Below are positions 12,942 through 24,000 of a DNA stretch of 64,000 nucleotides, piece after piece. The DNA is from Pecten maximus (Eukaryota). The notes below the pieces were generated by a model. That model saw only the letters and a list, made by a program, of their open reading frames with translations, was not told the DNA's origin and did no database searches. Positions within the stretch are counted from its first letter, which is position 1. Each line of letters starts with the position of its first letter. The translations under genes were made by a program, and so were the position numbers. Location: positions 4,588,001 through 4,652,000 of the forward strand of contig NC_047024.1 of assembly GCF_902652985.1 (NCBI RefSeq). The letters are read 5' to 3'.

Positions 12942-14488
12942 CGCAACAAAGCACAGATCTTCCCTTGCAAGGCCGTCCTAGAAGTAGCCTGCTTAATCGC
13001 ACTCCTATACAAGGTCCATAGGAGGAAGAGAGTTTGTAGAACACAATATGCTTATAAATTCATCCATATATCATAATGATTATTCAATCACTAACAATTA
13101 CTAGTAATGGTATTTATGTCACAGGATAGAGCAGAGAAACTTAACTGACCTTTGAATTCACATCTGGTCTGGAACCACCTTTTGTATGTATATGTACTTT
13201 AATTTATTCACCAATGTTCACTGCACCAGAAATGATCATGGAAGATATGTACATCATTGCAAAGAGTATATTAGGTCTATGAAGATATATAGTTATCACT
13301 GGCTTTATCTTTAATGAATTACTTTGTTCAGAAGATTAACTCTACCAAGGTAACAGATAATTACCTGGGTACATGTATATATCATTGTTATATTTATTAT
13401 TTATTCAATCTTTTAATCTACAATGTTGTACACTCAATAATTCCAATGCTTCTCATTTAAATGTGGTATGTTGTAATGCATGATGGGAAATAAAATATTG
13501 CCTGGAGTTTCATGGTTCCATGTTATTTAATCAATACTGGTAGTGAAATGTGTTGACATCGGTTCCTTTTTTCTGTAAAACTCGTTCATGATCAGTAGTT
13601 AACATGGAACTTTTCCGTGTAAAAATCTTCAAACATTACAATTTACAACCCTTCTTCCACATGCCAACAATCAAATTCAGTGAATCAAAACTTGGTTCCT
13701 CTCTGATGACTATCTCTCCTTCCGAATCAGATGTACAATGAAAGAACAGGACAAGGATGAAATACTGAGTGGATAAATATAGAGTAGTATTTCTATCTTC
13801 TTGCTGTAGTGAACTTAAGTTTGCATTACACTAATATTCTAATGCAGTAACCAGTTTACTTTATGTAATGGAAGAGACAAGATTATTTTTCATGTGTTCA
13901 CATCAATTTATGTGATGCAGAATATTTTACCCTGTAGTCGAAACATGTGAACAATTGAAGGAATAAATTTCTGGACGAAACACTGTGTTGGGATCACTCC
14001 TTCTATATGTAATTCTTGTCTTTACCGTTTTACAGTCATAATGCCCTTTTGAGTAATTTAAACTTTCAGTAACTTAAAAACAAGCAAAAGATTATTTTCT
14101 GTGAGTCATCATTTCAGTATTTAATGAGGTCTTATTAAATCCATTCAAAAACTTATTTGCATGACCCGCCTGGAGAATCAGCAAATGTGAGACTCGCTGA
14201 AAGTCAATTATAATCATGCGTCCTGATATCTTGATGCTGTAGTCAGCATGTCTGTCTCCAAAGGTAATCGGTGCCTTCACTTCCTACTTTAACACAAGAA
14301 ATCCTGCCAATATAATTACTAATAGTCAGGTCTTTTGCCAGAGGAAAAGTCAAATTGTTCAGGAGTCCAACTCAGGTTGTCTACGACGGTCCTGTATACA
14401 AGACATGCTTGTATTGGTCTACACTGATTCATCAGTTTTCTTCACTGGTCCAACAATTTCAAGTTATTCATCATTGGAATTCAGAATA

Positions 14489-15350
14489 CCTGAAACAGAT
14501 TAAGAATAAGATGAAATATTTCAAGAAACTAATTCAATACTGACATGCATGTGAAAGGTTGTTTGAAAACTAATGCAGGATGAAAATAATGCCAAAAATC
14601 GATCTTTTGATCACATTTCTTTTTTAATGGTTTATTTTAAAAGTAAGTTACGCAGGTCACCAAACATCGAGCCTACTAAAAAGAATGAATTGATCAGGCC
14701 TATGTACTTCACAACACTTACCATGTGACTATGCGGACGTGTATTTATTGTACCGGATTTGATGTCCAGCTGTCACTTGAGATAACACCTGAAAAAGATC
14801 CCCAATGCTTTATTTTATTGCAACACTTGAGATGTTTTTTTTAACAAACCAAGAGACCAGCAGATTGATATTCAAAGTTCTGTTTACTATCAGTCGGATG
14901 GTGATGGTTCATAGAAACATCAAAAAGTTATGTTTTCTTATTTTCAATAGTTGTAAACACCAATTTTCTTGTTGCTTTTCATTTCGTTGATATGGTAAAA
15001 TCTTCCAATTTAGAAATTTTGATTATACTGTCAAATATAATAGCATAATTGTTTTAGAGGAGAAAATCGCTTAAAAGATTTGGTTACAAGTATATACATG
15101 TACATCAACATTTTTCCTGTCATTGCAAATTTGTGTAACTATTGTAGGATTAACTCTCTATGATGATTTTTCATCCTATTATATACATGCAATTGAATGA
15201 TTTCAATTTTGCATTAGTTTAGCCCAATAGATATGATGCCTTACCATGTATTAGTGTTGATATCCTCAATACAGACATTCTTCTTTTGACCTGGACATGT
15301 CTCTGTCGTCACTCTGGAACACTATTACTAGACTCCAGTCTTGTTTATTC
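14489..15350 (-). other. Putative spliced non-coding exons downstream of the MYEF2-like stop: 15350-15245, 14788-14722 and an exon starting at 14489
   Basis: Minus-strand TTTTGTCAG|...ACATG|GTAAGG, CTTTTTCAG|...ACATG|GTAAGT and CTGTTTCAG| sites; exon 15350-15245 has stops in all three frames. Confidence 0.5.
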
Positions 15351-18043
15351 CTGACAAAAATAAAAAGTATTCAATACAGAACCTGTTATATTAAAAATCT
15401 CCTTCACATAAACACAGTTCAGTTATATCAAAAAAGGTTGCAACACCTTTTAAACAAATGGAATTAAAATTAGTTTATATGTTTTGTTGGAAAATGAAAC
15501 ATTTCAAATCTATAAAAAAAATTAAAATCCAAGATATAAAAGTTGCTTTATTTAAACATAAATATATATATTGATATTATTGAGCAATTAAACATTGATA
15601 ATTTACCATAAATAATTCAGAAACAAAATTTCTGATAACGTAAAACAAGAGACAATTTTTCACAACCGACACACAAACCATAGGCAAGTAGGAGTCCTAA
15701 TAAATCCCAAGTAAAAACTCAATATCAATCAATAAGCCACACAATCAAAATTGGCACAAAATATATCAATATTGTTTCCATGGACATCTTCACTCCATCT
15801 GTCTGATCATCCTGGGGAGCCGTTTCTATACAGTTGTTACTCAAAGGTTACATTCAAAGGTTACTTCCTGTTACTTCAAAGTATTGAACACTGAAAATAG
15901 CAAACAGTTAACAAAACAAGACACTTCTTTTACAAGGAGTGTGATCGCAACGTCAATTTACTGTCGAAGAAAGAACAGGCCAATTTTTGAGCAAAACACC
16001 CAGCACCAAAAAATAGGGGGGAAATTGTTCCAATCCCAACCCAATCCGAACTCCAGGCCACAAGTTGATGAAACAATTTGTATTCGGTGACCAAGAACTT
16101 TTCCCAAACAAAATTATGTGTTCAGCTAGGATCACAGAACTACAATTCACATCATGCATACAATTTCTGATTCTCCACATTACTTTCAGATTGGAAAGTT
16201 CGGACACACAACTAAACAAAAGTATAGTTAGCAGTTCTTTCTCATTCAAATTCAAATTATTTTCCAAATAGATTTATAACAGCCCATCATATATTAGTGA
16301 AGATATTTAAACCAAATTTATCACAAATATAATACAAAAGACATCAATAAATGAATTTAAAAAAGCAAAAGCATCACATTCAATACCTTAAAAAATCCAA
16401 AGAAATACCTGTACTGAACAGACCCCTACAAGTAGCAACACCTGTAACGGGGAAACTGTTACACCTGTGAAATCTTCATGTACTCCTGGAGCATAGATAC
16501 CATACAAAACTGGAAAACTGCACACAAATGTTTGGCACACAGAATTTCCATAAAAATACTGGCCCGCTCAGCAGATATCGTCAACCCCGCCTTCTCGTAT
16601 GCTGTCAGTAAATCCACGAGAAATCCCTTCTTCGCAAAACGCCACACCAACATATTAATACTGTAAACATCATGTCACATTTCCAGCACAATAGCATGAA
16701 AACCAAACTTTTACCGCTACTACACAAAATACTATACAAAATAGTTCACACAATTTGGCTGACAAACGATATTCTGTTTATCAATCACCTCAACCATTTT
16801 CAGATTCAAGAGCAAATTCTCACCAAATTACCACTCGTATTTATTCATTTATCTATTTTTTGTTTTTGTATTTGTGGAGGGGAAATTATATCCATTCAAC
16901 TTTCATTTTCAAATAAGGTTTCAATATCTTTAAAGTGATAAACTCCTGTATTCATAGTCATTGTAATTTGAGCAAAAGTATATTACAAAGATCAAACTCC
17001 TAACACTTCAGAACACAGTTATCATTTTCATATTCTACAGGCTTTTTGAAGTCAACATAGCTATCTTTTACCTACAGTTGAACTCGATTAGAAAATGAGT
17101 ATATAGCAAAAAAAGGCACTGCTTTCTGTGGACAAGTTTTCTGCTATTCTACAACAATGAATATTAATATTTAACATTTCATAAAAACAATGCTCAACAA
17201 ATACATAGTTCCTATTATCTCCGTATAGTACAACACAAAGATGGAAATAAAATCTCTGTAAACAAACACAATTTTTCACACTCTTAAAACTAATGGAATA
17301 ACTTCCCTGTATCTGTAAATTTTCTCATGAAAAGACAATGTCATATAACTACCGGTAATGATAAATACCTTCAAAATTACTACAACAATGATATGGACAA
17401 TGGAGGTGAAATGGTTTTTAAATACAGCAAAGATATGGAAAAGTATCCACCAAACAATACACAATGTACATGTATCAAAACATCATAATTCAACATTCCT
17501 GAATAGCTCCGCAGGTAACTTAAAACCCACATTCCATGAAGTACATGATACTGCATATATCAAGTAGATGAGAAACAAAAAAATAAAAACTCAAACCTAC
17601 AAAGAGACTTTTTATTTGGTGATGATGACAAACATGGAAGCATGTTAATGATAATGCATGATTATATCGAGACCAGGATGACAACAACATCAGTAACACA
17701 CCATCGATACTACATAACACATAGATGATTCAGAAGTCTATACACGACTAAAAAAATCCAGTATTACTACGCAAGGTCAGTCCGCGGTTCAATGGATAAG
17801 GTGTGACCAGAGTTCCCATCCTTTCGTGATCAAACAATCATATGTGTATGTAGTTAAATGGTAATCCCCAAACATAATAACCTGGCCGAGGTCACAACAA
17901 AACATTGCTAAAACCCACAAACTACTGACGACGAACATCAACAACTTTGGACACAAAGAGTTTATAAATCCCAAACTGCCAAATGGTCAATGACCACGGA
18001 CCACCAAGAGAAACCAGTTTGTGAATGCAAGCAGTACCGTCAT

Positions 18044-21000
18044 TTAGCGGTAGAGCTTCACATCTATTTCCCGTCCGTCCACTCGTGTCCTGTTCATAGC
18101 AGCTGGTAATGGTCAAGGATCAAATGACAACAAGAAACTGATCTCTGACTATAGGGTACTTATTTTAAGAACTATTATACTTCAAAATGCATATTGATAA
18201 GTCACATTCAGCATCGGAAGAAATGTTGATTACAATATCTAGAGAACTGATAAAAACTCTGTCAGTATGAGAGTGAAGTATGTTTAGATTTATAAGGATA
18301 CATATTGCTCTCTGAGCATCTTCAGCAGAACCAAATCGAACGAGTCCCCATCCTTGAGATTTACCATTTTCCATCTTTATTTCTGCATACTTCACATCAG
18401 CTATAGAAAAAAGATTGTTGCGGTTATAAAAAATATCGTAGCCACTGACCAATATCTACAGTAAATAGTGACATATCTTTAAGAATGGCTGTGCTGAATT
18501 AGTTGACTCACCACATGTCCTAAATTTGTCTCTAAGGGACTGCCATGTCAGTGACCAAGGAAGCTGAAAAATACATAAGATTTCATCAAAATGAATACAA
18601 AACTGTGTGTACCTGTTCAACTTCATTCTAGGAACATTTTTTTCCATAAAAGATATTCATTAATATAAGAGAAATATTCAAACCAGAAATTGTGGTTGCT
18701 TGGCAAATTAACATTCCTTCGAGTAGAAACTAAGAGCAGCTACATAACAGATGTGCCAGCTTACATTTTTCACGACGACTGTACAGTTGTCTGGCCGAGT
18801 GCCAAGGTTTCTTCCCCCACGATCACCTCTGTCACCACTGCGGTCACGGTCACGCTGGCTGGACCGGTCAGAGGAGCTGAAGGAGCTACCCATAGAATTG
18901 TAACTACTGCTTCCCATATTGCCAGAGGAACTGCCCATAGAGTCCATCATGCCAGTGTTGTAACTGCTGCTGCCCATATTGCTGCCCATGCTGCGGAGCT
19001 GATCTCCCAGACCTGTACCCATACCAGTGTTGGTGCCGTAACCGGTGTTGCCCATTCCCCCTGACACCATGCTGCTGGAGAAGCTGTCGTTCATGCCACC
19101 AGACATCCCCATATTGGAGCCGAGGTTACCAGTGCCAGCCATGCCTGTTCCCATTCCCATTCCCATGTTGCTGCTCATGCCTGTTCCCATGTTTCCTGAC
19201 ATACCCATGTTGGAGCCCATGCCGCCCATCCCAGACATTCCAGTGCCCATGTTGCCTCCCATGCCGACCATACTGTTGTCCATACCCCCTCCCATTCCCA
19301 TACCACCGCCACCACCCATTCCCATATTACCACCTCCCATCCCCATATTATTGCCTCCCATCCCCATGGATCCACCACTGCCCATTCCATAACCACCTCC
19401 AGCTGCAAACAAATATATAAAACAGTTACTAGAGTCCATATCTAACCGACACTACAATAAAACTCAGAAGTTATTACTACCAGGATATATAAATCCATTA
19501 AGATTGAGATGCTATTCAAATAAAACAAGTTCAATATTAAGTCTTTGTCATATTCACAATAGTACAAGTAGACAAAAGCAGAATTATGTAGGTTTCTGGT
19601 TTTGATATGCAAGTTATACCAGTAATACAATTTTAATCTCATGCAAATAAGTGAAATATTCAGGAATGTCTATCCGCTGTCATATATTACGACAAAATAA
19701 ATTATGGATATTTTTTCAAATGTAACTCATTAATTTGATTTGTATTTACAGTTTATCTGACCAATATTCTGTAGTGGCTGTCCTCCTGCCCCAAGGCCCA
19801 TTCCAACTGACTTCAGTCCACCTGTTATAACAATGCCATAATCAATCTCCTGAAACCATTATGGAAATTTTAGTTCCACGAATATTAAGTGTAGATAGGA
19901 ATAAACACAAAGGTACTTTCTGGCCAAAAACAAATCATACACTAGTACTACATGCTCATGTTAACAAGAATTCTGTGAGTATTGCTAAACCAATACATGT
20001 CCCCTACCGGTGCCCTCAAGTTAAAACTTTAGCCAAATTTGAGTAAAAAAGTTTAGCCAAAACTGAAACATGATCATTTTATGAAAATAAGTTCATTCCA
20101 AACAATGTGTAAATTCAACTCAATTGGGTTGAATAAACAATGTTTCCTGCCCCTAAAAGATATTCAGGTATTCTTCTGGTATGTCTACTGTACAGAGTAA
20201 AAGAATCTAAAGCAAATTTAAAGTGAAATGTGTAATAACCGCCTTGGATTGAAATATAAACATGATTCTGCATAGCACAGCATAGAAGTAATACCATTAC
20301 TAAGTGAATGGAGAGCCATTACAAAACTTTAACCTCAAGAATACAGAGAAAACAGTTAAGTTCATAATATGCCAAAATTTTCCAAAAAAGAAAATATTTT
20401 TTTCAGTTTTAAGCATACACAAGTAATGCCACACACCCAAAGAACCTCTATGCAAAAAATCAGCATCCTAATACCATTATTAAGTGAATGGTGTGCCATT
20501 ATAAAACTTTAACCGGACGGACGGACAGACAGACAGATGCAGGCAAAACCTATAGTCCCCCGGTTTCACCGGTAGGGGACTAAAAATATCTCTGAGTCTC
20601 AAAATAGGCTAAAACATCTGTGTATTGTTGTTTGAATTATGACATGTTCGTGTCAAACATATCTCTATCGGAGTCTGAAAATAGGCTAAAACATCTGTGG
20701 ATTGTTGACTGAATTATGACTATCTTCAGGATGGCTACAGATACCTATCAGTGATCTTACTTGGAAGTTGAGCCTGTGATGATCTGCCTCCTGTAGCACC
20801 ACCTGGTGGAGTATCCATCTTCACCCTCATTGGTCGGTCAAATAATGTCTGGTTGTTAAACATAGCTTTTTGTGGATTAAGGATAAAACTAAATTTTAAA
20901 GTATTAATAAATTGAATACAAAAAAAAAATCTCGCAAGACAAAAGTAACAGAATTTTTTTCATATACACATTTGATCTTCCAAAGCAGTATGTACACAAA

Positions 21001-24000
21001 CATTACAGGGTCAAAACTAAGTAAAATATCATTCTCTACTAATTAGGGCTAGTTATTTAAACAAACATTACAGGGTCAAAACTATGTAAAATACCATTCT
21101 CTACTAATTAGGCTCAAGTTTTACTTAAAGTGTTCTAGATTATTATCACCTGTAAACACTCAGTAGAGTGGTTAATCAGAAGAAGTCTACATGGAGTAGA
21201 TATTATTTGATTGGTCTGTATCTTGTCTACAATCAACATGTACAAACAATAAACTAAGTCTATGTAAGGATACAAATAGCCTGGAGAGCCTCCATTGGGA
21301 ACTCAAACACCACAGTCCCTATCCCACGACTCTTCCCATCCTTATCCAGTTTGATCTCTGCCCTTAGCACATTTCCTGCCAGCTTGAACACATCCTTCAT
21401 CTTTTTCCAGGTAACCTTGTAGTCCAGCTATATAAGAAAATAATCAAAAGTTTAAACTCAAACGTTTAAGATACATATTAATTCTTGACCTTTCTGCAAC
21501 CACTAGCATACTTATTTGTGGACAAGTTGGTCTGAATCCATCAACAAGACTTTAATATTAACCTGGTTTTCTATGATGGTCAGCGCCATCAATTTTATTG
21601 CTCCTTGTTACAATTAACCTCTATTAATTAACCAATTATTTAGGAGATATATTTGTGCCTGGAATATTGAGTATCTACTGATAAGTTTGTTTTGATGACA
21701 AAAATTCCATTCATTACAACAAGACCTCTGGCAATTGAAAACATTTTACTCCGAAATTTTCATTCATTAGCAAATATTTGCTTAAAACATGGGTAGTGGA
21801 ATGATCTTAGTTAAAATTACATTTTAAACATTAACAAATAAAGGAAGAGAAATAACCCCAAAATGTTTTAGAGAAAGGAAACCATTAGCATTTAGGTTCA
21901 ACTGATATGCCAGGTTCTCTTTCCGATTACCTCATCTCTGTTAATCTACACAGGGATTTGAGTAAGAACACTTACATTGGATACAAACATCTACACAGGG
22001 ATTTGAGTAAGAACACTTACATTGGATACACACTTACATTGGATACAAACATCTACACAGGGATTTGAGTAAGAACACTTACAATGGATACAAACATCTA
22101 CACAGGGATTTGAGTAAGACTTACATTGGACACAAACATCTACACAGTGATTTGAGTAAGACTTACATTGGACACAAACATCTACACAGGGATTTGAGTA
22201 AGAACACTTACATTTGACACAAACATCTACACAGGGATTTGAGTAAGAACACTTACATTGGACACAAACATCGATCTACACAGTGATTTGAGTAAGACTT
22301 ACATTGGATACAAACATCTACACAGGGATTTGAGTAAGACTTACATTGGACACAAACATCTACACAGGGATTTGAGTACGACTTACATTGGACACAAACA
22401 TCTACACAGGGATTTGAGTAAGACTTACATTGGACACAAACATCTACACAGGGATTTGAGTAAGACTCACATTGGACACAAACATCTACACAGGGATTTG
22501 AGTAAGAACACTTACATTGGACACAAACATCTACACGGGGATTTGAATAAGACTCACATTGGATACAAACATCTACACAGGGATTTGAGTAAGAACACTT
22601 ACCTTGGATACAAACATCTACACAGGGATTTGAGTAAGACTTACATTGGACACAAACGTCTACACAGGGATTTGAGTAAGACTCACATTGGATACAAACA
22701 TCTACACAGGGATTTGAGTAAGACTTACATTGGACACAAACATCTACACAGGGATTTGAGTAAGAACACTTACATTGGATACAAACATCTACACAGGGAT
22801 TTGAGTAAGACTCACATTGGACACAAACATCTACACAGGGATTTGAGTAAGACTTACATTGGATACAAACATCTACACAGGGATTTGAGTAAGAACACTT
22901 ACATTGGACACAAACATCTACACAGGGATTTGAGTAAGACTTACATTGGACACAAACATCTACACAGGGATTTGAGTAAGAACACTTACATTGGATACAA
23001 ACATCTACACAGGGATTTGGGTAAGAACACTTACATTGGATACAAACATCTACACAGGGATTTGAGTAAGAACACTTACATTGGACACAAACATCTACAC
23101 AGGGATTTGAGTAAGACTTACATTGGACACAAACATCTACACAGGGATTTGAGTAAGACTTACATTGGACACAAACATCTACACAGGGATTTGAGTAAGA
23201 CTTACATTGGATACAAACATCTACACAGGGATTTGAGTAAGACTCACATTGGACACAAACATCTACACGGGGATTTGAGTAAGACTCACATTGGATACAA
23301 ACATCTACACAGGGATTTGAGTAAGACTTACATTGGATACAAACATCTACACAGGGATTTGAGTAAGACTTACATTGGATACAAACATCTACACAGGGAT
23401 TTGAGTAAGAACACTTACATTGGATACAAACATCTACACAGGGATTTGAGTAAGAACACTTACATTGGATACAAACATCTACACAGGGATTTGAGTAAGA
23501 CTTACATTGGATACAAACATCTACACAGGGATTTGAGTAAGACTTACATTGGACACAAACATCTACACAGGGATTTGAGTAAGAACACTTACATTGGACA
23601 CAAACATCTACACAGGGATTTGAGTAAGACTTACATTGGATACCAAACATCTACACAGGGATTTTGAGTAAGACCTTACATTGGATACAAACATCTACAC
23701 AGGGATTTGAGTAAGAACATTACATTGGGACAAAACATCTACCACAGGGATTTGAGTAAGACTCACATTGGACACAAACATCTACACAGGGATTTGAGTA
23801 AGAACTTACATTGGATCACAACATCTACACAGGGATTTGAGTACGAACACTTACATGGCACAAACAATCTACACAGGGATTTGAGTAAGCACTTACATTG
23901 GATACAAACATCTACACACAGGGATTTTGAGTAGACTTACATTGGACCACAAACATCTACACAGGGATTTGAGTAAGAACACTTACATTGGACACAAACA

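Noticed and set aside
15760-15860. Alternative terminal coding exon for MYEF2 RRM3
   Set aside because: No convincing U12 branch site and the translation does not resemble the RRM beta-4 strand.
18690-19408. Pro/Met-rich plus-strand ORFs and alternative-frame ORF
   Set aside because: Antisense or shifted shadows of the Gly/Met-rich MYEF2 exon.
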